Shown: positions 21,939 to 31,611, numbered from the stretch's first letter. The stretch is 64,000 nucleotides of DNA from Myxococcales bacterium (GCA_047601445.1 JASGJH010000001.1:7648001-7712000); one strand, 5' to 3'. The notes: generated from the letters alone by a model not told the origin. Numbers and translations: made by a program.

Positions 21939-23234
21939 ATGAAGACCCTCACGCGAACGCTCGTTGGTTCCGGCCTCTTGGCCCTGGCACTCTCCATCGT
22001 GCCGCGCGCCGACGGCCAGCAAGCCGCTCCGGCCGACGCGCCGCTGCCTGGCTCTCAGCCGGTGATCGACGTCAGCTCGCCGGAGCAGGCCCTGTATCGC
22101 ATCGCAGTGCCCGACCTACAGGGCGCGGCGGGACTGGGCTCCCAGGGCTCGGGCGTGCTGCGCAGCGACTTCGCGTTGGTGTCCCTGTTCAAGGTGCTCG
22201 ACCCGGCGTCGTTCGTGGCCGACCTCGCCACCGAAGGCCTCGGCATCAGCCCGCCCTCCTGGCAGACCGTGGGCGCCCAGGGCGTGATCAAGGGCAACGT
22301 GCAGCAGGTGGGCGGCAGCATCTCCGTCACCATGCACTTCTTCGAGATCGCGCGCGGCACCGAGCCCACGCTCAAGAAGAACTACTCCGGTAGCGCCAGC
22401 GACCTGCGCAAGTTCATGCACGACTTCGCCAACGAGGTGGTCAAGCTGCTCACGGGCGAGGCCGCGGCGTTCGGCACCCGCATCACGTTCGCGCGTCGCG
22501 AGGGCCCCGGCAAAAAGGACGTCTTCGTGGCGGACTTCGATGGCGCCAATCTCGGGCGTGTGTCGGGCGGTCGCGGCGTGTCCATGCTACCCAACTTCGG
22601 ACCCGGCGGCATCTGGTACTCCGTGCTGTCCCCCACCGGCATGTTCATCACCAAGGCCGGCACCAACGACAAGCCCATCGTCAAGGGCAGCGGCCTCAAC
22701 ATGGGCGTGGCCAACTGTGGCGGACGCGTGGTGTTCAGCTCGACGCGTGATGGCAACTCCGAGATCTACAGCGCGGCCGCCGACGGCAATGACGTGCGCC
22801 GCCTGACCAACGACCCCGGCATCGACGTGAGCCCGGCTTGCGGCCCGAACGGCCAGATCGCCTTCGTGTCCAATCGCCATGGTTCGCCCCAGATTTGGAC
22901 CATGGACTCCTCGGGCGGCGGCCAGAAGCGCGTGACCTACAAGGGCGAGTACAACCAGACCCCTGCCTGGTGTCCGGATCCCAAGAAGCAGCTCATCGCG
23001 TTCACCGGTCGCGACGCCGGGCTCGATGTGTTCACCATCAACGTGGCCACGGGCGAGTACACCCGCCTGACGCAGGCCCAGGGCATCAACAAGGACCCCG
23101 CGTTCTCGCCGGACTGCCGCATGGTGGCCTTCGCCTCGAGCCGCGGCGGCATCTACATCTCCAATCCCCAGGGCTTGAACCAGATCCGCGTGGTCAGTGG
23201 CGCCGCCGAGACGGTGCGCTGGTCCGGACGCTGA
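21939..23234 (+). CDS. tolB: TolB beta-propeller protein
   Basis: Signal peptide, YRIAVP N-domain, PD40 repeats (FSSTRDGNSEIY, FVSNRHGSPQIW, PAFSPD). Confidence 0.88.
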   Translation: MKTLTRTLVGSGLLALALSIVPRADGQQAAPADAPLPGSQPVIDVSSPEQALYRIAVPDLQGAAGLGSQGSGVLRSDFALVSLFKVLDPASFVADLATEGLGISPPSWQTVGAQGVIKGNVQQVGGSISVTMHFFEIARGTEPTLKKNYSGSASDLRKFMHDFANEVVKLLTGEAAAFGTRITFARREGPGKKDVFVADFDGANLGRVSGGRGVSMLPNFGPGGIWYSVLSPTGMFITKAGTNDKPIVKGSGLNMGVANCGGRVVFSSTRDGNSEIYSAAADGNDVRRLTNDPGIDVSPACGPNGQIAFVSNRHGSPQIWTMDSSGGGQKRVTYKGEYNQTPAWCPDPKKQLIAFTGRDAGLDVFTINVATGEYTRLTQAQGINKDPAFSPDCRMVAFASSRGGIYISNPQGLNQIRVVSGAAETVRWSGR

Positions 23235-23352
23235 GCGGAGCGCGGGTCGGGCTGGCGCGGCCGCACGGACAGGGGCACGGGCACGCCTTGCTAGCGCAGG
23301 GCTGGCGCGGGAGCGGGTGCTGAATCCGTCAGCACCTGCTAGCAATGGGCGT

Positions 23353-24006
23353 ATGGTCGAGTCCGCACGCGTTTGGTTGGCCGGAGCCACCGGCTTGGTG
23401 GGGCGCGAGACGCTGAACATGTTGCTCGAGGACCGCGCGTTCTCGAGCGTGCTGGCACCAGTGCGGCGCCCGCTGGGCCTGTCGCATCCCAAGCTCGACG
23501 CGCGCGTCGTGGACTTCGAAGCGCTCGAGCCCGCGTTGCACAATGGCGCCAACAACGCAGCCGAAATCGCCATTTGCTGCTTGGGGACCACCATCAAGCA
23601 GGCCGGCAGCCAGGAGAAGTTCCGGCGCGTGGACCACGACTACGTGCTCGCCTTCGCGCGTGCCGCTCGCGCGGCCGGGGTGCAGCACTTCATGGTGGTG
23701 ACGGCGCTCGGCTCCAACGCCAAATCGCTGACCTTCTACAACCGCGTGAAGGGCGAGGTCGAGGCGGCGCTCGGGCAGCTCGGATTTCCTGCACTGACCA
23801 TTGCGCGCCCCTCGCTCTTGCTGGGGGACCGCACCGAGTTTCGCTTCGGCGAGCGCGTCTTCGCCCCGGTGGCCAAGCTGCTCCCCGGCAAGCTGCGCGG
23901 CATCGAGGCGAGCACCGTCGCACGTGCCCTGGTGGTGCTGGCGCGAGCGCCTGCGCGAGGCACGCGGGTGGTCCCCTCCGATGAGCTACAGACGTTGGGG
24001 CGCTAA
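23353..24006 (+). CDS. NAD(P)-binding oxidoreductase, TIP30/YraR-like
   Basis: GATGLVG, CCLGTTIKQAGS, FYNRVKGEVE, RPSLLLG. Confidence 0.88.
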   Translation: MVESARVWLAGATGLVGRETLNMLLEDRAFSSVLAPVRRPLGLSHPKLDARVVDFEALEPALHNGANNAAEIAICCLGTTIKQAGSQEKFRRVDHDYVLAFARAARAAGVQHFMVVTALGSNAKSLTFYNRVKGEVEAALGQLGFPALTIARPSLLLGDRTEFRFGERVFAPVAKLLPGKLRGIEASTVARALVVLARAPARGTRVVPSDELQTLGR

Positions 24007-24120
24007 AGGGCCCTCAGGGCCACGTTGCCGCACGGATTCGAGCCTGATTCCTGCGCTGACCGCGCAGGCCGCTCCAGCGAGCAAATGGTCGACGACGCCG
24101 GCGATCGGTAGACTCGCAGC

Positions 24121-24726
24121 ATGGCGCTCACCATCGATCCCTTCTCTTTTCCTGACCCCGAGTTGGATGCCGAGGACGTAGGTCCCCATGCCATCGTGCT
24201 GGGTGGCGGCTGCTTCTGGTGCACCGAGGCGGTGTACACGCAGCTCGAGGGCGTCACCGGAGTCCTGCCCGGCTACGCGGGAGATAGCGCCGCGAGTGCC
24301 ACCTACGAGGCCGTCTGCAGCGGGCGCACCAACCACGCCGAAGTGATCCGCGTCGACTACGACGCCTCGCGCATCAGCCTGGGCAAGATCCTCAAGCTCT
24401 TCTTCTCCGTCGCTCACGACCCGACCCAGAAGGACCGTCAGGGGGCCGACGTAGGCCGACAGTATCGCTCCGTGATCTTCTATGCCGACGAGAATCAGAA
24501 GCGTGTGGCCGAAGCCTACATCGCGCAGCTCGATGCACTCGGCATCTTCGATGCCAAGATCGCAACTGAAGTGGCGCCACTCGAGACCTTCTTCGAAGCC
24601 GAGGCGTATCACCACGATTACGCGGCGCGAAACCCCTTGCAGCCCTACATCCGCGGCGTCTCGGATCCCAAGGTCAAGAAGCTGAAGAAACTGCACGCGG
24701 ACCTGCTGAAAGAATCCGCGCGCTGA
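24121..24726 (+). CDS. msrA: Peptide methionine sulfoxide reductase A
   Basis: GGGCFWC, HDPTQ..RQG.D.G.QYRS, AEAYHHDY. Confidence 0.93.
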   Translation: MALTIDPFSFPDPELDAEDVGPHAIVLGGGCFWCTEAVYTQLEGVTGVLPGYAGDSAASATYEAVCSGRTNHAEVIRVDYDASRISLGKILKLFFSVAHDPTQKDRQGADVGRQYRSVIFYADENQKRVAEAYIAQLDALGIFDAKIATEVAPLETFFEAEAYHHDYAARNPLQPYIRGVSDPKVKKLKKLHADLLKESAR

Positions 24727-24871
24727 TCGCGGCGCGAGTTCGCGCCCAAATCTTCATTCGCGACCCACTCGTGCGGGGCTTTCGTCACAACGTGGCGAGC
24801 ATGTCCAGCTGTGACAGCGCGGATTTCCGGCAGCCCTGCGCGATTTCCAGCGACACGCCGCATTCGCGCGC

Positions 24872-24888
24872 CTGGCACGTTGCTCGCT
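24872..24888 (+). promoter_or_regulatory. Candidate sigma-54 (-24/-12) promoter
   Basis: CTGGCACGTTGCTCGCT: GG(24874-5)-N10-GC(24886-7) with a consensus TGGCACG, about 70 bp before ATG 24959. Confidence 0.5.
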
Positions 24889-24958
24889 CTCACATGGCTC
24901 ATGTGCCGCCGGGCGCGCCGTCGTCTGCGCGCGGCTCAGAAGCGAAAGAAGGAAAACC

Positions 24959-25144
24959 ATGTCTCAGGAGAAGAATCCGCAGCAGGGCCAGGGCCAGCAG
25001 CGCAATCCAAACCAGGAGCAACGTGGCAACCAGCAGGCGGATCAACAGCGCCAGCACCAACAGGGGCAACAGGGCGACCCAGCTTCCCGCGACCAGAATC
25101 AGCGGCGTCGAGAGCAAGAGGAAGAGCAGCGCGACGGCGCGTGA
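24959..25144 (+). CDS. Small Gln-rich hydrophilic protein (61 aa)
   Basis: AAGGAAAACC-ATG RBS; almost entirely polar sequence; hairpin downstream. Confidence 0.75.
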   Translation: MSQEKNPQQGQGQQRNPNQEQRGNQQADQQRQHQQGQQGDPASRDQNQRRREQEEEQRDGA

Positions 25145-25182
25145 GTCGTTCGTCCTCGCGATGAACGCCGGCTGACGCGGCG

Positions 25183-25221
25183 GGGGGGCGGGGAGCGTCC
25201 TGGTTGGGTTCCCCGCCCCCC
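25183..25221. terminator. GC-rich hairpin between convergent genes
   Basis: GGGGGGCGGGGA (25183-25194) pairs with TCCCCGCCCCCC (25210-25221); poor U-tract. Confidence 0.5.
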
Positions 25222-25254
25222 TCTTGCCGGATCGACGGATCAACAACCCTCGCG

Positions 25255-25331
25255 GTCGCCGTCGCCCTCAACCGCATGCGCTGTCCACGACTACCTGAAC
25301 CGTGGCGCTGACCAGTCAGCGTCAACTGCTT
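25255..25331 (+). repeat. Dispersed intergenic repeat family B, diverged copy
   Basis: GTCGCCGTCGCCCTCAACCGC is identical to 61333-61353, and similarity continues for about 55 further bases. Confidence 0.75.
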
Positions 25332-25344
25332 GCGCCGCCCCCGA

Positions 25345-26142
25345 TCACCGCTTGATCGCCCTCGTCAGCAAGTAATCCTGTCGCAGGGTATTGTCCTCGA
25401 AGTACTCGCCCGCGAGCGCGACCAACTCCTTGCGATAGCGCGCCAGCGTCTCGGCGTCGCCTGATTGTGCGAGCGCCCGCGCTGGGCCCACGGTCTCCTC
25501 GATGACCTGCACGTAATGCGGGAGGCTCAACAAGTGAAAGCGCATGATGCCGCGCTCGAAGCGCAGGTCGCTCACCGAGTCGCCCAGGCGCTGGCGTACC
25601 ACCGATACATCGCCCCAGGCGGGAGGCGGCGAGAACCCGGGCGGCGGCGGAGGTGCGAAGCGCGAGGTGAGCGCGAAGAAGCGACCCACGAAGTGCTCCG
25701 GAGGCCAGGTCGCGAAGGCCAAGGTTCCGCCTGGACGCAGCACGCGCAGGAGCTCCGCTGCCGCCACCTCGGCGCGCGGCGCGAACATGTGCCCGAACTG
25801 ACTCACGACGACGTCGAAGGCGCCATCGGGGTAGGGCAGTGCCTCGGCATCTCCTTGCTGGAACGTCACCGAAACGCCCGCGATCTTGGCGTTTTCTTTC
25901 GCGCGCTCGAGGAGCTCCGGAGTCAGGTCCAAGCCAGTCACCTGGGCGCCCGAGACTGCCGCAGTCACGGCGACCACGCCGGTGCCGCAGCCGACATCGA
26001 GCAGCTTGGCGCCGGGCTTGACCTGGGCGTACCGCACGAGATGCGCGGCAGTGGGTGTGGTGAAGACATCGATGGGCGCAAAGTGGGCCCAAACCTGGCG
26101 CTGCTTCTCCTTGAACTGCACGAACGGATCCGGTTGGCTCAT
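25345..26142 (-). CDS. Class I SAM-dependent methyltransferase
   Basis: LLDVGCGTG, GDAEALPYPDGAFDVV, LRVLRPGG. Confidence 0.9.
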   Translation of the reverse strand: MSQPDPFVQFKEKQRQVWAHFAPIDVFTTPTAAHLVRYAQVKPGAKLLDVGCGTGVVAVTAAVSGAQVTGLDLTPELLERAKENAKIAGVSVTFQQGDAEALPYPDGAFDVVVSQFGHMFAPRAEVAAAELLRVLRPGGTLAFATWPPEHFVGRFFALTSRFAPPPPPGFSPPPAWGDVSVVRQRLGDSVSDLRFERGIMRFHLLSLPHYVQVIEETVGPARALAQSGDAETLARYRKELVALAGEYFEDNTLRQDYLLTRAIKR

Positions 26143-26270
26143 GGCGATCTCTCCGTGGACGAGGGCACTGCGGGTGTGCGGGTTTCGACGTACACCAGAT
26201 CGAAGACTCGATTTATACCCTATTCGCCAGATCGCCTGCGTGCGTTACACCCGCTCACCCTGAATACGGA

Positions 26271-26609
26271 CTATTCATCCTCGACCCAGGTCCTGAGTCT
26301 CTCGAGCGCGTCGTCCCACTGGGCGGAGATTTGCTCGAGCGCGCGCCGGGCCTCGACGATGCGTTTCGGCTCCAGCTCCCAGATGCTTTCGCGTCCCGTA
26401 CGCCGCGCGTGCACGAGACCCGCGCCCTCCAGCACGTGCAGGTGCTTGGTGATCGCCTGCCGCGTGACTCCCGAGCCCTCGCTGAGTCGCGCGATCGATT
26501 GTGGACCCGTGCTGCACAGTCGCTTTACCAGGCCCAGCCGCGTCTCATCGCCCAGGGCGGCAAACACTGGCGCAGGCGCCTTCAAGCTCGCTTCAGCCCG
26601 GCGCGACAT
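26271..26609 (-). CDS. ArsR/SmtB family transcriptional regulator
   Basis: FAALGDETRL, VTRQAITKHLHVLEGAGLV, WDDALERL. Confidence 0.9.
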   Translation of the reverse strand: MSRRAEASLKAPAPVFAALGDETRLGLVKRLCSTGPQSIARLSEGSGVTRQAITKHLHVLEGAGLVHARRTGRESIWELEPKRIVEARRALEQISAQWDDALERLRTWVEDE

Positions 26610-27052
26610 ATTGCTCGATGTTCTTGAGCTGTGTCGCCCAGCCGCCGTCATTCATACGGAAGGCCTCCGCGCGACGCGCCGCGGGCACCTGGTCGAACCC
26701 GGATTCCACCACCGTGAGCAACGTGCCACCGGGGCGCTCCTCCAGCTTGAACTCCACCAGGGTGGGCGTCTCGCTCGCGTAGTCGACCTTGGGATCGATG
26801 GCATACGGATGCCAGCGATAGGAGAACAGCCGCTGTGCCTCCATCTTCTCCACCACCACCTCCATCTTCAGGTGCTCGTAGCCCGGGTACGTGATGTGGC
26901 CCTTGACCTTTTGGCCCACCACGAACGGACCTTCGAGGGAGACTCGGAACCAGGCTCCAAATTCCTTGGAATCGGTCAGGGCCTGCCATACCCGCGCCTG
27001 CGTGGCGCGCAGCAAGATTCTGCTTTTCGATACGGTCCGTAGTCGAAGCCAT
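26593..27052 (-). CDS. SRPBCC/AHSA1 family protein, +1 frameshift at about 27018
   Basis: The MASTTDRIEKQ frame joins ILLRATQARVWQALTD if minus-strand GAATC is read as GATC. AGGAGG RBS; span is 3n+1. Confidence 0.88.
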
Positions 27053-27114
27053 ATGCAACCTCCTGATTGCATATTATCCGGCGCTGCCATCTGTGCAACC
27101 ATTTGGTTGCGTAT
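27051..27114. promoter_or_regulatory. Two palindromic operator candidates (TGCAACC-N4-GGTTGCA-like)
   Basis: ATATGCAACC-TCCT-GATTGCATAT (27051-27074) and TGCAACC-ATTT-GGTTGCG (27094-27111); centres 40 bp apart. Confidence 0.7.
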
Positions 27115-27149
27115 CTTTGGGAGGCTCTCGCGCGCTACAGTCCGTGTCC

Positions 27150-27966
27150 ATGTTGGGTGGCGTTCGCCAGGGTTCCGCGCCGCGCGCCAAATGCCGGATC
27201 CGAGGCGCGTGCGCCTGGGCTCTGTGCGGCCTCGTGCTCGCAGCACTGCCGTGTCGCGTTCGAGCCCGTCACTTCCGCGCGCGCTTCGAGCCCACCACCC
27301 TGGAGCTCGACGACCCGGGCACGCTGGAGATTGACGGCCAGGTTGGCGGCGTGGAGGGGAGCAGTGTGGACGGCGATCGCCTGATCGCACCCGACTTCGA
27401 GGTCGACCTCGGTGTATTCAAGTGGCTCGAGCTCGACGTGGACGGCGGTTTCGGCGTGACGCACGTGAACCAACCGGCGCGACGGCGCGTGGTAGGCGAA
27501 CCATTGTGGACCGCCGCCAAGCTTGCGGTGCTCAACGTGGAAGACGAGCAGAGCGGCCATCACTACGGCGTCGGGATCCAAGTCGGCCCGCGCTTGCCGT
27601 CCCTGCATACGCCGCCTGGCGTCGGGCTGGCCGGGTTGTTGCTGTTGGGCATGGGCACGCGGCGCTTGCACACCGTGGCCAATCTCGGTGCCGTGCTCGA
27701 CCGCGGGCAGCCACGTTTGTTCGCGTACGGCATCGATTCTGACGCTCGCGTTCGGGGGCAACAACCCGTGGTCCTTGCTTGGGGAAGTGGGCGGTACGCA
27801 CCCGTTGCAGACGCGCGCTCCCGACCAGCTGCTGAGCGCCGTGGGGATTGGCTACCAAGCGAACCAAATCTGTCAGCTCTCGCTGCTCGCGCTCACGGGC
27901 TACCTGCCACACAACGACCGCTTCGGACTCGTGGCGGGTCTCTCGACGCAGTTCGGGCTCTGGTAG
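27150..27966 (+). CDS. Putative outer-membrane beta-barrel protein, +1 frameshift at about 27737
   Basis: Signal-like N-terminus and alternating beta strands. Reading GATTC as GATC restores YGIDLTLAFGG and the C-terminus GLSTQFGLW. Start uncertain. Confidence 0.7.
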
Positions 27967-28063
27967 GAGGCGCCCTTTCGCGCTTCGTCATGGTTCTGCC
28001 ATATCCCTCACGTCGCGTGCGCGACGGTGATCCAAACGCGCGAGATCCACGGTAATCTTGGAC

Positions 28064-29578
28064 ATGACGTGGTCGAGCGACGGTTCCCACAACGCTGCAG
28101 CGTCAGACGACGGGTTCAACTACCTGTTGTTCTCCGACGTCCATCTGGGCTCCGACATCGTGCCCCATGTGCGACCGTGGGCGGAGCGTTCCTGGTTGCG
28201 GCAGGAGGCCGACGTCGACGCGGCGCTGGTGGCGCTGCTCGCCCATCACCGCAAGGAGCGTGATCCCGCGCGTCCCTGGCGCCTGGTGGTGGCGGGTGAT
28301 TTTCTCGATCTCGTCGGTGTGTCGTTGAGCGCGGCCGCCGATTTGCGTACGCCGCCCACCGAAGAGGAGCTGCGCTGCGGCCTGGGTAGTGCGGCAGATC
28401 ACGTGGTTCACAAGGTGCACGCCATCGCGGCGCGTCATCCGCGCGTGTTCAGGGCGCTGATGGAGTTCGTGGCCGAGGGGCACGCGTTGGTGGTGGTGCG
28501 CGGGAATCACGACGTGGAGCTGCACTGGCGGGCGGCGCAGCGCGCCTTCGTGGACGCCATCGTGGCGCACGCCGAGGTCCACGAACGGGCGGCCATCTCA
28601 CGACGCATCGAGATCTGCCCGTGGTTCTTCCACGTGCACGGCCTGTTGTACGTGGAGCATGGGCAAGAGTTCGATCCCATGTGTAGCTACGGCAATCCGT
28701 TGGTGCCCACCTGGGAGAAGGACCAACGTCGCATCCGGCCCACGCCGTTCTCGGTGCTGTTGCGGCAGGTCGCGCGGCCCACGCCGGGGCTCAGCTCCTC
28801 GAGCTACGGCTATGTCGGCATGGGAGCTTACGTTTGGCTGTGTGTGCGGCTCGGCGTGCGTGGGACCCTGCGCATCGCAGCCCGCTACGCACGTGCCTGT
28901 TGGGACTTGATCTCCGAGTGCGCCGTCCGAGGACTCAAGGGGGCCGACCGGGTGCGGGTCAGCTCTCGCGCCAAGCTCGCGCGCTACGACAGCCTGCCTT
29001 CGCGCATGCGGCGCTTCGCCCAGCGCACCGGCGTGAGCGAGGAGCGCCTGCGCGCGCTGCTCTCCGTGTACGTGGGCTCGGCCGTGGATAGCCTGAGCGT
29101 GATGGTGAGGTCGCTCTATGTGGACCGCATCGCGAGCTTGTTCCTCACCCTGCTGGGCTTGTTGGTGGCGCTCTTACTCTACGTGCTCGTCGGACCGACG
29201 AGCGCCGCGGTGAGCGCCGGGCTGGCCCTGGCGTCGTTCGTGTTCGCCTGCGTGGGTCGCGGCGTGAACACCTCGCCCAACGACAGCCTGCGCCACGGCG
29301 CCGAGCGCATCGCCAAGTTGTTCAACGTGCGCTGGGTCGTGATGGGGCACACGCACGAGCCAGTGATGGAGCCGATGTCCACGGGGGCGACCTACGTGAA
29401 TCTGGGCAGCTGGGGTCAGGACGACACGCCCGAGGAACGCTCCATGGCCCACGACTGTACGCAGACGTTCCTGACCTTGCGTCGTCTGGACAACGACTAT
29501 CGGGCCGATCTGTTGCGCTGGGATCCCGTGCGCGGTGTGGTCGAGGGATTCCGGCGGCTCTCCGTGTCCCCGCCCTGA
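28064..29578 (+). CDS. Calcineurin-like metallophosphoesterase with inserted TM hairpin
   Basis: SDVHLG, GDFLD, GNHD, EHG, GHTH motifs; two hydrophobic helices before the last motif. Confidence 0.82.
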   Translation: MTWSSDGSHNAAASDDGFNYLLFSDVHLGSDIVPHVRPWAERSWLRQEADVDAALVALLAHHRKERDPARPWRLVVAGDFLDLVGVSLSAAADLRTPPTEEELRCGLGSAADHVVHKVHAIAARHPRVFRALMEFVAEGHALVVVRGNHDVELHWRAAQRAFVDAIVAHAEVHERAAISRRIEICPWFFHVHGLLYVEHGQEFDPMCSYGNPLVPTWEKDQRRIRPTPFSVLLRQVARPTPGLSSSSYGYVGMGAYVWLCVRLGVRGTLRIAARYARACWDLISECAVRGLKGADRVRVSSRAKLARYDSLPSRMRRFAQRTGVSEERLRALLSVYVGSAVDSLSVMVRSLYVDRIASLFLTLLGLLVALLLYVLVGPTSAAVSAGLALASFVFACVGRGVNTSPNDSLRHGAERIAKLFNVRWVVMGHTHEPVMEPMSTGATYVNLGSWGQDDTPEERSMAHDCTQTFLTLRRLDNDYRADLLRWDPVRGVVEGFRRLSVSPP

Positions 29579-29585
29579 CTTCCGC

Positions 29586-30989
29586 TCAGCGCGCCGGTGG
29601 GATCGAGGCGAACCTGCGCAGGCGTGCGCGCAGCTCTGCGCGCTCGGCGTCGACCTCCACGTAGCGCTCGGCGATGGTACGCACGAAGGCTTGTAGCCAA
29701 CCCTGGCCTTCGAGCTCGCGTTCGATGGCCGCGCGTGTGATGACCTGCACGGTGACCGGTGTCAGCGCGATCACGCTCGCGGTGCGCGCGCGGTTGGCCA
29801 ACACGGCGGCCTCGCCGAAGACCTGGCCCACCCCGAGCTCGGCCAGCTTGGTGCGGCCCTCGCCTTGCCCTTGCTCCACGGAGCAGCGCCCCTCGGCCAG
29901 GATGTAGCCTTCGTCGCCCAGCTCGCCTTCGCGGACGATCACGTCGCCGGGCATGAAGTGCTTGGTCTCGAACCAGCCGCCGCCTTTGCGGAAGCTCTCG
30001 AGCGCCATGCGGAAGCTCACCACGTCCGGGAAGCGCTGATCCATCTCGTGGGCGAGGGCGCGCTGCGCGATGGCACACAGGCCCGGCGGCATCACGCGCG
30101 TGGGCTCGCGCTCCTGGGGCGGGATCACCTGATGTTCGCGCATGAACACCAGGTCGGCGGGACCGCCCAGGGGCTCGTAGGGCGTGCGCGTGGTGAGGAG
30201 CTCGTAGAGGATGGCGCCGAGGCCGTACACGTCGGTGCGCTCGTCGACCCGGCGCATGCGGTCGTCGATCTGTTCGGGGGCCATGTAGCCGGGGGTCCCG
30301 CGGATGCCGTGCACGGCGTCGCGCGGTCGCAGTCGAGCGTCCGTGTCACGCGTGCACTCCACGGCCACGCCCCAGTCCATGACGTAGATCTGACCGTGCT
30401 CGCCGACCATCACGTTGGCCGGCTTGAGGTCGAGATGGAGTACCCCGCGGCTGTGGGCGAAGGCGATGGCGTCGCACACCTTGATGAGGAAGCCCAGGGT
30501 CTGGTCCAGCGCCGCTGACACCGCGGCCTGACCGTCGGCCGTCGCATTGTTGGCTCGCATCCAGGCCGCCAGGTTCACGCCCTCCACGAGCTTCATGACG
30601 AAGTGAGGAGGTGCGCTGGTGTCGTCGGCCCGTAGCTCGTGGATGGGCACGATGTAGGGGTGCTCGAGCCGGCCCATCAGACGGGCTTCGAAGCTGAAGG
30701 CTGCGGCTGATTCCGGGCTCGTTGCGCGCCCTGGATCCATGACCTTCACAGCGACGTGACGACCGAGTTCGCTGTCGTAGGCGTCGTGGACCGCGCCCAT
30801 ACCGCCCTGACCAATTTCGCCACAATCTTCGAAGCGTCCGCTGAAGGCGGGGCGCACGCCGGAGGCGTCGAGCTGGCTGGGTCGGTCGAAGCCGTGCTCA
30901 CCCAGGAAGTCTGGGTTGAACTGACCGAGCTTCGAACCGTCCTGCACGCTTTTCGATATATCACCCCGGCGCAACTTTGAGAGCACCAC
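29586..30989 (-). CDS. Ser/Thr kinase with C-terminal cyclic-nucleotide-binding domain
   Basis: GQGGMG, VAVK, HLDLKPAN, DWG, GTPGYMAPE; cNMP motif FGEAAVLANRARTASV. Confidence 0.88.
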   Translation of the reverse strand: MVLSKLRRGDISKSVQDGSKLGQFNPDFLGEHGFDRPSQLDASGVRPAFSGRFEDCGEIGQGGMGAVHDAYDSELGRHVAVKVMDPGRATSPESAAAFSFEARLMGRLEHPYIVPIHELRADDTSAPPHFVMKLVEGVNLAAWMRANNATADGQAAVSAALDQTLGFLIKVCDAIAFAHSRGVLHLDLKPANVMVGEHGQIYVMDWGVAVECTRDTDARLRPRDAVHGIRGTPGYMAPEQIDDRMRRVDERTDVYGLGAILYELLTTRTPYEPLGGPADLVFMREHQVIPPQEREPTRVMPPGLCAIAQRALAHEMDQRFPDVVSFRMALESFRKGGGWFETKHFMPGDVIVREGELGDEGYILAEGRCSVEQGQGEGRTKLAELGVGQVFGEAAVLANRARTASVIALTPVTVQVITRAAIERELEGQGWLQAFVRTIAERYVEVDAERAELRARLRRFASIPPAR

Positions 30990-31007
30990 AAATGTGGGGT
31001 CGCGCGC

Positions 31008-31379
31008 TCAGCCGGCGATTCCGAACAGCTCCTCGATCGACTGCTGGTGGTAGAGGCTGCCTTTGAAGCCCGCCACGCGCTCGAGCTCCTTGCCGTCCTT
31101 GAAGTACAGCACGGTGGGTGTGGCCTGAATCTGCAGCTGGCTCATGGTGCGAGGCGAGGTCTCGGCGGCCATTTCGCACACCTTCACGCGACCCCGATAC
31201 TGGGCAGCCAGCTCCATCATGATGGGCTCGAGCTGCTTGCAGTGGCCGCAGCGCTGGCCCCACACGTCGATCACGACGGGTTCCGTGGAGTTGAGCACTT
31301 CGCTCGCGAAGTTGCTGTCGTCGAGGTGGAGCGGCTGCTGCTTTTCGGTGATGCCGAGGAGTTTGGAGAAGAGTCCCAT
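31008..31379 (-). CDS. Thioredoxin family protein
   Basis: VVIDVWGQRCGHCK, cis-Pro loop ATPT, FKDGK. Confidence 0.88.
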   Translation of the reverse strand: MGLFSKLLGITEKQQPLHLDDSNFASEVLNSTEPVVIDVWGQRCGHCKQLEPIMMELAAQYRGRVKVCEMAAETSPRTMSQLQIQATPTVLYFKDGKELERVAGFKGSLYHQQSIEELFGIAG

Positions 31380-31611
31380 CGGGCGCGCAGTCTAGCAGCG
31401 GAGCATCGAAGCGCGGCACCGCCAGCGCAGCGAATCGCGCGGTGCTGCAGTCCCGTCACAGCCAACGCATTGACTCGTTCGGGATGCCGCGCTGCTTGCC
31501 TGCGCTCCGGGAGGGAGTGTGGGAGGATTCTGACTTGAGGCTGCTGAACATCGGCCGCGAGGGCGTTTACGCTTCCGGCTGGGCAGGAATCGTTTCTAGG
31601 ATTTCTGCCCT

